A model generated the notes under the pieces. That model did no database searches, was not told the origin of the DNA, and was given only the letters and a program-made list of their open reading frames with translations. DNA of 64,000 nucleotides. Origin: Mytilus californianus. Lineage: Eukaryota. The position numbers and the translations under genes were made by a program. Of the stretch, positions 15,601 to 27,600 are shown one piece after another; the first letter of the stretch is position 1, and each line of letters starts with the position of its first letter. The stretch lies in NCBI RefSeq assembly GCF_021869535.1, contig NW_026262615.1, positions 11,718,001 through 11,782,000 of the forward strand, written 5' to 3'.

Positions 15601-18600
15601 TTATTTGAACTGTATATCTAATCACGTAGACACACATCTGCTGTTCTTACATATACTTGTGTGCCGAGAACTCAGTAGTTTTGTCATTATTCTTTTTTAA
15701 TTTCGTTAAATAATGTTGATTTTTAAAGCAATGAAAATCACATCAACAATATCAGGTTGATGACACATATATTTGATCCATTGAATAACTGAAGATCAAC
15801 CTTTGAAAAGTTTGGTAATTTGAATATAAGTAGGTTAATTAAGTAACTATGTTCATGATCATCAATTTTCGATTAGATATTTACTGAATAACAAGTTAGA
15901 AAAAATCCCAGAAGGTCAGTTAACATTGCACATGTTGAACACCAATCTTCAATATGTCAGACTTAATCTTATTAAAAGGTTATATTAAATTATTGCAAAT
16001 CATGTTCCTATATAAAAGGGTTTTTAATATACTTGTGTGCCAATAGCTCAGCAGGTTTATCACAATTATAAACTTATTGAATACAAGGAGATCAGATTGG
16101 TAATCTTTTGTAGGTTCAGAATTAGTGCTTTAATGTAACATGTTCTTATATTACCATGATAATTGATTGTCTTCCAGAGATTTAGGGAATAACGCGTTGG
16201 TAACTTTACCAGAAGGTCTGTTTTCTAACAACACTAAACTTGAAACATTGTAAGTATGATTTATGCTCATCTCAGACTTTTTCTTACATATTATATTATT
16301 TAAATTGTATATCTTATCACGTAGACACACATCTGCTCTTCTTACATATACTTGTGTGCCGATAACTCAGTAGTTTTGTCATCATTCTATTTTAATTTCG
16401 TTAAATAATGTTGAATTTTAGAGCAATGAAAATTACATCATCAATATCAGGTTGATCACAATTACATTTGATCCATCGAACAACTGAAGTTCAACCTTTG
16501 AAATGTTTGGTAATTTGAATATAAGTAGGTTAATTAAGTATATTCATGATCATTGATTTTCTATTAGATATTTACTTAATAACAAGTTAAAAAAATTCCC
16601 AAAAGGTCAGTTAAGATTGAACTTGTTGAACACAAATCTTCAATATGTCAGACTTAAACTTATTAAAAGATTATATTAAATTATTGCAAATCATGTTCCT
16701 ATATAAAGGGGTTTTAATATATACTTGTATGCCAATAGCTCAGCAGGTTTATCACAATGATAAACTTATTGAATACAGGGAGATCAAATTGGTAATCTTT
16801 GGTAAGTTTAGTATCAGTGTTTTGATTTAACATGTTCTTACACAATCAAGATATTTGATTTTCTTCCAGATTTTTAAGGCATAACAAGTTAGTAACTTTA
16901 CCAGAAGATTTGTTTCTGTTCAACATGAATCCTATAGAATTTTAAGTGTAATTGATATTTATATCAGACCTAAACTTATTTAATAGTGTGTGGAATTTTT
17001 AACCTCGTTCATATGTTTTCTAACAAAACAAAAATTAAAACATTGTATGTATGAATTGTGATCATCTTAGGACTTAATTGTGTTATAGATTATATTGTAT
17101 ATTTAATCACGTACACATATCTGATTTTCTTCAAAATACTTGTGTGTTGAGAACTCAACAGTTTTGCCATCATTCTTTTTTAATTAAGTTCATTTTTTTA
17201 TGTTGAATTTTAAAGCAATACAAATTTTATCTATCATATCAGGTGGACGACAAATATATTTGATCGATTGAATAACTTACGATCAACCTTTAAAATGTAT
17301 GGTAATGTAAATATAAGAAGATAAATTAAGCATTTTCATGATCATTGATTTTCTATTAATTATTTAATGAGTAACAAGTTAGAAAGTTTACCAGAAGGTC
17401 ATTTAACATTGAACATGTTGAACACCAATCTTCAATATGTCAGACTTCCTTTTTATATGCTAATTTAACTTTTAATGTTATTCAATATTTCAAAATTAAT
17501 CTTATAATTCCTTTTGGTAATTTGAATATAATTGTCTTGATTGAATATGTTCTTACATAATTAAGATGCTTGATTATACTCCAAAATTGTAACCAAAGAC
17601 AACAAGGAAAATTTTCCAGATAGTCTGTTATCATCAAACACCAAGTTACAAGAATTGTAATTGTGAATAATGTTTATCACAGACTTTATTTTATGAAAGA
17701 TTGTGTTGTTTATATAATCACTTACATACATAACTGATATTCCTCAATATACTTGTCTGTTGACAACTCAGAAGGTCTAACTTAATTTCATTTTATTGGC
17801 AAACTTCCTTTGTGCATACTAAATGTTACTTTCAATGTCACTCATTGATTAAAGATTGCAGTTGAAGCTTATAAAAATGCATCAACAATGTCAGTTTGAA
17901 GAAAAATATATTTCATCTTTTCAATACACTGAGATCGAATTTGGTAATCTCTGGTAAATTCGGTATCGGTGTTTTAATTTAACATGTTCTTACAAAATCA
18001 AGATAGTTGACTTCCTTTCAGACATTTAGAGCAGAACAAGTTAATAACTTTACCAGAAGATCTTTTTTCTAGCAACACAAAACTTGAAACATTGTAAGTA
18101 TGATTTATGTTCATCTCAGATTTTAAGTTACATATTATATTATTTGAACTGTATATCTAATCACGTACACTCACATCTGCTGTTCTTACATATACTTGTG
18201 TGCCGAGAACTCAGTAGTTTGTCATTATTCTATTTTAATTTCGTTAAATAATGTTGATTTTTAAAGCAATGAAAATCACATCAACAATATCAGGTTGATG
18301 ACACATATATTTGATCCATTGAATAACTGAAGATCAAACTTTGAAATGTTTGGTAATTTGAATATAAGTAGGTTAATTAAGTAACTATGTTCATGATCAT
18401 CAATTTTCGATTAGATATTTACTGAATAACAAGTTAGAAAAAATCCCAGAAGGTCAGTTAACATTGCACATGTTGAACACCAATCTTCAATATGTCAGAC
18501 TTAATCTTATTAAAAGGTTATATTAAATTATTGCAAATCATGTTCCTATATAAAAGGGTTTTTAATATACTTGTGTGCCAATAGCTCAGCAGGTTTATCA

Positions 18601-21600
18601 CAATTATAAACTTATTGAATACAAGGAGATCAGATTGGTAATCTTTTGTAAGTTCAGAATTAGTGCTTTAATGTAACATGTTCTTACAAAATCAAGATAG
18701 TTGACTTCCTTTCAGACATTTAGGCCAGAACAAGTTAATAACTTTACCAGAAGATCTTTTTTCTGTTCAACATGAATCCTATAGAATTTTAAGTGTAATT
18801 GATATTTATATCAGACCTAAACTTATTTAATAGTGTGTGGAATTCTTAACCTCGTTCATATGTTTTCTAACAAAACAAAAATTAAAACATTGTATGTATG
18901 AATTGTGATCATCTTAGGACTTAATTGTGTTATAGATTATATTGTATATTTAATCACGTACACATATCTGATTTTCTTCAAAATACTTGTGTGTTGAGAA
19001 CTCAGCAGTTTTGCTATCATTCTTTTTAAATTTGGTTCATTTTTTTATGTTGAATTTTAAAGCAATACAAATTATATATCTATCATATCAGGTGGACGAC
19101 AAATATATTTGATCGATTGAATAACTTAAGATCAACCTTTAAAATGTATGGTAATGTAAATAAAAGAAGATAAATTAAGCATTTTCATGATCATTGATTT
19201 TCTATTAATTATTTAATGAGTAACAAGTTAGAAAGTTTACCAGAAGGTCATTTAACATTGAACATGTTGAACACCAATCTTCAATATGTCAGACTTCCTT
19301 TGTATATGCTAATTTAACTTTTAATGTTATTCAATATTTCAAAATTAATCTTAGAATTCCTTTTGGTAATTTGAATATAATTGTCTTGATTGAATATGTT
19401 CTTACATAATTAAGATGCTTGATTATACTCCAAAATTGTAACCAAAGACAACAAGGAAAGTTTACCAGATAGTCTGTTATCATCAAACACCAAGTTACAA
19501 GAATTGTAATTGTGAATAATGTTTATCACAGACTTTATTTTATGAAAGATTGTGTTGTTTATATAATCACGTACATATATAACTGATATTCCTCAATATA
19601 CTTGTCTGTTGACAACTCAGAAGGTCTACCTTAATTTCATTTTATTGGCAAACTTCCTTTGTGCATACTTAATGTTAGTTTCAATGTCACTCATTGTTTA
19701 AAGATTCCAGTTGAAGCTTATAAAAATGCATCATCAATGTCAGTTTGAAGAAAAATATATTTCATCTTTTCAATACACGGAGATCGAATTTGGTAATCTC
19801 TGGTAAATTCGGTATCGGCGTTTTAATTTAACATGTTCTTACAAAATCAAGATATTTGACTTCCTTTCAGATATTTATACGTAAACAAGTTAGTAACTTT
19901 ACCTGAAGGTCTGTTTTCTAGCAACACAAAACTTGAAACATTGTAAGTATGATTTATGTTCATCTCAGACTTTAAGTTACATATTATATTATTTGAACTG
20001 TATATCTAATCACGTAGACACACATCTGCTGTTCTTACATATACTTGTGTGCCGAGAACTCAGTAGTTTTGTCATTATTCTTTTTTAATTTCGTTAAATA
20101 ATGTTGATTTTTAAAGCAATGAAAATCACATCAACAATATCAGGTTGATGACACATATATTTGATCCATTGAATAACTGAAGATCAACCTTTGAAATGTT
20201 TGGTAATTTGAATATAAGTAGGTTAATTAAGTATATTCATATTTATTGATTTTCTATTAGATATTTACTTAATAACAAGTTAAAAAAATTCCCAAAAGGT
20301 CAGTTAAGATTGAACTTGTTGAACACAAATCTTCAATATGTCAGACTTAAACTTATTAAAAGATTATATTAAATTATTGCAAATCATGTTCCTATATAAA
20401 GGGGTTTTAATATACTTGTATGCCAATAGCTCAGCAGGTTTATCACAATGATAAACTTATTGAATACAGGGAGATCAAATTGGTAATCTTTGGTAAGTTT
20501 AGTATCAGTGTTTTGATTTAACATGTTCCTACACAATCAAGATATTTGATTTTCTTCCAGATTTTTAAGGCATAACAAGTTAGTAACTTTACCAGAAGAT
20601 TTGTTTCTGTTCAACATGAATCCTATAGAATTTTAAGTGTAATTGATATTTATATCAGACCTAAACTTATTTAATAGTGTGTGGAATTTTTAACCTCGTT
20701 CATATGTTTTCTAACAACACACAAACTAAAACATTGTATGTATGAATTTTGATCATCTTAGGACTTAATTGTGTTATAGATTATATTGTATATTTAATCA
20801 CGTACACATATCTGATTTTCTTCAAAATACTTGTGTGTTGAGAACTCAACAGTTTTGCCATGATTCTTTTTTAATTAAGTTCATTTTGTATGTTGAATTT
20901 TAAAGCAATACAAATTATATCTATCATATCAGGTGGACGACAAATATATTTGATCGATTGAATAACTTACGATCAACCTTTAAAATGTATGGTAATGTAA
21001 ATAAAAGAAGATAAATTAAGCATTTTCATGATCATTGATTTTCTATTAATTATTTAATGAGTAACAAGTTAGAAAATTTACCAGAAGGTCGTTTAACATT
21101 GAACATGTTAAACACGAATCTTCAATATGCCAGACTTCCTTTTTATATGCTAATTTAACTTTTAATGTTATTCCATATTTCAAAATTAATCTTAGAATTC
21201 CTTTTGATAATTTGAATATAATTGTCTTGATTGAATATGTTCTTACATAATTAAGATGCTTGATTATACTCCAAAATTGTAACCAAAGACAACAAGGAAA
21301 GTTTACCAGATAGTCTGTTATCATCAAACACCAAGTTACAAGAATTGTAATTGTGAATAATGTTTATCACAGACTTTATTTTATGAAAGATTGTGTTGTT
21401 TATATAATCACGTACATATATAACTGATATTCCTCAATATACTTGTCTGTTGACAACTCAGAAGGTCTAACTTAATTTCATTTTATTGACAAACTTCCTT
21501 TGTGCATACTAAATGTTACTTTCAATGTCACTCATTGATTAAAGATTGCAGTTGAAGCTTATAAAAATGCATCAACAATGTCAGTTTGAAGAAAAATGTA

Positions 21601-24600
21601 TTTCATCTTTTCAATACACTGAGATCGAATTTGGTAATCTCTGGTAAATTCGGTATCGGTGTTTTAATTTAACATGTTCTTACAAAATCAAGATAGTTGA
21701 CTTCCTTTCAGACATTTAGACCAGAACAAGTTAATAACTTTACCAGAAGATCTTTTTTCTAGCAACACAAAACTTGAAACATTGTAAGTATGATTTATGT
21801 TCATCTCAGACTTTAAGTTACATATTATATTATTTGAACTGTATATCTAATCACGTACACTCACATCTGCTGTTCTTACATATACTTGTGTGCCTAGAAC
21901 TCAGTAGTTTGTCATTATTCTATTTTAATTTCGTTAAATAATGTTGATTTTTAAAGCAATGAAAATCACATCAACAATATCAGGTTGATGACACATATAT
22001 TTGATCCATTGAATAACTGAAGATCAACCTTTGAAATGTTTGGTAATTTGAATATAAGTAGGTTAATTAAGTAACTATGTTCATGATCATCAATTTTCGA
22101 TTAGATATTTACTGAATAACAAGTTAGAAAAAATCCCAGAAGGTCAGTTAACATTGCACATGTTGAACACCAATCTTCAATATGTCAGACTTAATCTTAT
22201 TAAAAGGTTATATTAAATTATTGCAAATCATGTTCCTATATAAAAGGGTTTTTAATATACTTGTGTGCCAATAGCTCAGCAGGTTTATCACAATTATAAA
22301 CTTATTGAATACAAGGAGATCAGATTGGTAATCTTTTGTAAGTTCAGAATTAGTGCTTTAATGTAACATGTTCTTATATTACCATGATAATTGATTTTCT
22401 TCCAGAGATTTAGAGAATAACGCGTTGGTAACTTTACCAGAAGGTCTGTTTTCTAACAACACTAAACTTGAAAGATTGTAAGTATGATTTATGCTCATCT
22501 CAGACTTTTTCTTACATATTATATTATTTAAATTGTATATCTTATCACGTAGACACACATCTGCTCTTCTTACATATACTTGTGTGCCGATAACTCAGTA
22601 GTTTTGTCATCATTCTATTTTAATTTCGTTAAATAATGTTGAATTTTAGAGCAATGAAAATTACATCATCAATATCAGGTTGATCACAATTACATTTAAT
22701 CCATCGAACAACTGAAGTTCAACCTTTGAAATGTTTGGTAATTTGAATATAAGTAGGTTAATTAAGTATATTCATGATCATTGATTTTCTATTAGATATT
22801 TACTTAATAACAAGTTAAAAAAATTCCCAAAAGGTCAGTTAAGATTGAACTTGTTGAACACAAATCTTCAATATGTCAGACTTAAACTTATTAAAAGATT
22901 ATATCAAATTATTGCAAATCATGTTCCTATATAAAGGGGTTTTAATATATACTTGTGTGCCAATAGCTCAGCAGGTTTATCACTATGATAAACTTATTGA
23001 ATACAGGGAGATCAAATTGGTAATCTTTGGTAAGTTTAGTATCAGTGTTTTGATTTAACATGTTCTTACACAATCAAGATATTTGATTTTCTTCCAGATT
23101 TCTAAGGCATAACAAGTTAGTAACTTTACCAGAAGATGTGTTTCTGTTCAACATGAATCCTATAGAATTTTAAGTGTAATTGATATTTATATCAGACCTA
23201 AACTTATTTAATAGTGTGTGGAATTTTTAACCTCGTTCATATGTTTTCTAACAAAACAAAAATTAAAACATTGTATGTATGAATTGTGATCATCTTAGGA
23301 CTTAATTGTGTTATAGATTATATTGTATATTTAATCACGTACACATATCTGATTTTCTTCAAAATACTTGTGTGTTGAGAACTCAACAGTTTTGCCATCA
23401 TTCTTTTTTAATTAAGTTCATTTTTTTATGTTGAATTTTAAAGCAATACAAATTTTATCTATCATATCAGGTGGACGACAAATATATTTGATCGATTGAA
23501 TAACTTACGATCAACCTTTAAAATGTATGGTAATGTAAATATAAGAAGATAAATTAAGCATTTTCATGATCATTGATTTTCTATTAATTATTTAATGAGT
23601 AACAAGTTAGAAAGTTTACCAGAAGGTCATTTAACATTGAACATGTTGAACACCAATCTTCAATATGTCAGACTTCCTTTTTATATGCTAATTTAACTTT
23701 TAATGTTATTCAATATTTCAAAATTAATCTTAGAATTCCTTTTGGTAATTTGAATATAATTGTCTTGATTGAATATGTTCTTACATAATTAAGATGCTTG
23801 ATTATACTCCAAAATTGTAACCAAAGACAACAAGGAAAGTTTACCAGATAGTCTGTTATCATCAAACACCAAGTTACAAGAATTGTAATTGTGAATAATG
23901 TTTATCACAGACTTTATTTTATGAAAGATTGTGTTGTTTATATAATCACTTACATATATAACTGATATTCCTCAATATATTTGTCTGTTGACAACTCAGA
24001 AGGTCTAACTTAATTTCATTTTATTGGCAAACTTCCTTTGTGCATACTAAATGTTACTTTCAATGTCACTCATTGATTAAAGATTGCAGTTGAAGCTTAT
24101 AAAAATGCATCAACAATGTCAGTTTGAAGAAAAATATATTTCATCTTTTCAATACACTGAGATCGAATTTGGTAATCTCTAGTAAATTCGGTATCGGTGT
24201 TTTAATTTTACATGTTCTTACAAAATCAAGATAGTTGATTTCCTTTCAGATTTTTAGGCCAGAACAAGTTAATAACTTTACCAGAAGGTCTTTTTTCTAG
24301 CAACACAAAACTTGAAAGATTGTAAGTATGATTTATGCTCATCTCAGACTTTTTCATACATATTATATTATTTAAATTGTATATCTAATCACGTACACAT
24401 ACATCTGCTGTTCTTACATATACTTGTGTGCCGAGAACTCAGTAGTTTTGTCATCATTCTATTTTAATTTCGTTAAATAATGTTGATTTTTAAAGCAATG
24501 AAAAGCACATCAACAATATCAGGTTGATGACACATATATTTGATCCATTGAATAACTGAAGATCAACCTTTGAAATGTTTGGTAATTTGAATATAAGTAG

Positions 24601-27600
24601 GTTAATTAAGTAACTATGTTCATGATCATCAATTTTCTATTAGATTTTTACTGAATAACAAGTTCCAAAACTTCCCAGAAGGTTAGTTAACATTGATCAT
24701 GTTGAACACAAATCTTCAATATGTCAGACTTAATCTTATTAAAAGGTTATATTAAATTATTGCAAATCATGTTCCTATCCTATATAAAGGGGTTTTAATA
24801 TACTTGTGTGCCAATAGCTCAGCAGGTTTATCACAATTATAAACTTATTGAATACAAGGAGATCAAATTGGTATTCTTTGGTAAGTTTAGTATCAGTGTT
24901 TTGATTTAACATGTTCCTACACAATCAAGATATTTGATTTTCTTCCAGATTTTTAAGGCATAACAAGTTAGTAACTTTACCAGAAGATTTGTTTCTGTTC
25001 AACATGAATCCTATATAATTTTAAGTGTAATTGATATTTATATCAGACCTAAACTTATTTAATAGTGTGTGGAATTCTTAACCTCGTTCATATGTTTTCT
25101 AACAAAACAAAAATTAAAACATTGTATGTATGAATTGTGATCATCTTAGGACTTAATTGTGTTATAGATTATATTGTATATTTAATCACGTACACATATC
25201 TGATTTTCTTCAAAATACTTGTGTGTTGAGAACTCAGCAGTTTTGCTATCATTCTTTTTAAATTTGGTTCATTTTTTTATGTTGAATTTTTAAGCAATAC
25301 AAATTATATATCTATCATATCAGGTGGACGACAAATATATTTGATCGATTGAATAACTTAAGATCAACCTTTAAAATGTATGGTAATGTAAATAAAAGAA
25401 GATAAATTAAGCATTTTCATGATCATTGATTTTCTATTAATTATTTAATGAGTAACAAGTTAGAAAGTTTACCAGAAGGTCATTTAACATTGAACATGTT
25501 GAACACCAATCTTCAATATGTCAGACTTCCTTTGTATATGCTAATTTAACTTTTAATGTTATTCAATATTTCAAAATTAATCTTAGAATTCCTTTTGGTA
25601 ATTTGAATATAATTGTCTTGATTGAATATGTTCTTACATAATTAAGATGCTTGATTATACTCCAAAATTGTAACCAAAGACAACAAGGAAAGTTTACCAG
25701 ATAGTCTGTTATCATCAAACACCAAGTTACAAGAATTGTAATTGTGAATAATGTTTATCACAGACTTTATTTTATGAAAGATTGTGTTGTTTATATAATC
25801 ACGTACATATATAACTGATATTCCTCAATATACTTGTCTGTTGACAACTCAGAAGGTCTACCTTAATTTCATTTTATTGGCAAACTTCCTTTGTGCATAC
25901 TTAATGTTAGTTTCAATGTCACTCATTGTTTAAAGATTCCAGTTGAAGCTTATAAAAATGCATCATCAATGTCAGTTTGAAGAAAAATATATTTCATCTT
26001 TTCAATACACGGAGATCGAATTTGGTAATCTCTGGTAAATTCGGTATCGGTGTTTTAATTTAACATGTTCTTACAAAATCAAGATATTTGACTTCCTTTC
26101 AGATATTTATACTTTAACAAGTTAGTAACTTTACCTGAAGGTCTGTTTTCTAGCAACACAAAACTTGAAACATTGTAAGTATAATTTATGCTTATCTCAG
26201 ACTTTAAGTTACATATTATATTATTTGAACTGTATATCTAATCACGTACACACACATCTGCTGTTCTTACATATACTTGTGTGCCGAGAACTCAGTAGTT
26301 TTGTCATTATTCTATTTTAAATTTCGTTAAATAATGTTGATTTTTAAAGCAATGAAAATCACATCAACAATATCAGGTTGAAGACACATATATATGATCC
26401 ATTGAATAACTGAAGATCAACCTTTGAAATGTTTGGTAATTTGAATATAAGTAGGTTAATTAAGTAACTATGTTCATGATCATCAATTTTCTATTAGATA
26501 TTTACTGATTAACAAGTTAGAAAACATCCCAGAAGGTTAGTTAACATTGAACATGTTGAACACCAATCTTCAATATGTCAGACTTCCTTTTTATATGCTA
26601 ATTTAACTTTTAATGTTATTCAATATTTTAAAATTAATCTTAGAATTCCTTTTGGTAATTTGAATATAATTGCCTTGATTGAATATGTTCTTACATAATT
26701 AAGATGCTTGATTATACTCCAAAATTGTAACTAAAGACAACAAGGAAAGTTTACCAGATAGTCTGTTATCATCAAACACTAAGTTACAAGAATTGTAATG
26801 GTGAATAATGTTTATCACAGACTTTATTTTATGAAAGATTGTGTTGTTTATATAATCACGTACATATATAACTGATATTCCTCAATATACTTGTCTGTTG
26901 ACAACTCAGAAGGTCTACCTTAATTTCATTTTATTGGCAAACTTCCTTTGTGCATACTTAATGTTAGTTTCAATGTCACTCATTGTTTAAAGATTCCAGT
27001 TGAAGCTTATAAAAATGCATCATCAATGTCAGTTTGAAGAAAAATATATTTCATCTTTTCAATACACGGAGATCGAATTTGGTAATCTCTGGTAAATTCG
27101 GAATCGGTGTTTTAATTTAACATGTTCTTACAAAATCAAGATATTTGACTTCCTTTCAGATATTTATACGTAAACAAGTTAGTAACTTTACCTGAAGGTC
27201 TGTTTTCTAGCAACACAAAACTTGAAACATTGTAAGTATGATTTATGTTCATCTCAGACTTTAAGTTACATATTATATTATTTGAACTGTATATCTAATC
27301 ACGTACACACACATCTGCTGTTCTTACATATACTTGTGTGCCGAGAACTCAGTAGTTTTGTCATTATTCTTTTTTAATTTCGTTAAATAATGTTGATTTT
27401 TAAAGCAATGAAAATCACATCAACAATATCAGGTTGATGACACATATATTTGATCCATTGAATAACTGAAGATCAACCTTTGAAATGTTTGGTAATTTGA
27501 ATATAAGTAGGTTAATTAAGTAACTATGTTCATGATCATCAATTTTCTATTAGATATTTACTGAATAACAAGTTAGAAAACTTCCCAGAAGATCAGTTAA

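Larger units (their letters stand above)
11793..25020 (+). pseudogene. B-type LRR pseudo-exons (starts 11793, 14331, 16870, 20561, 23098, 24949): FLRHNKLVTLPEDLFLFNMNPIE, donor dead
   Basis: Intact acceptor and 72-nt LRR-like frame, but every copy has TTAAGT where GTAAGT should be; read-through hits TAA. Confidence 0.8.

Noticed and set aside
14106-23058. Repeated 61-aa ORF MSDLNLLKDYIKLL... (14106, 16645, 22873) and minus-strand ORFs at 12387 and 21046
   Set aside because: Chance ORFs in amplified intron sequence. Sister copies are frameshifted, there is no protein motif, and they overlap pseudo-exon donors.
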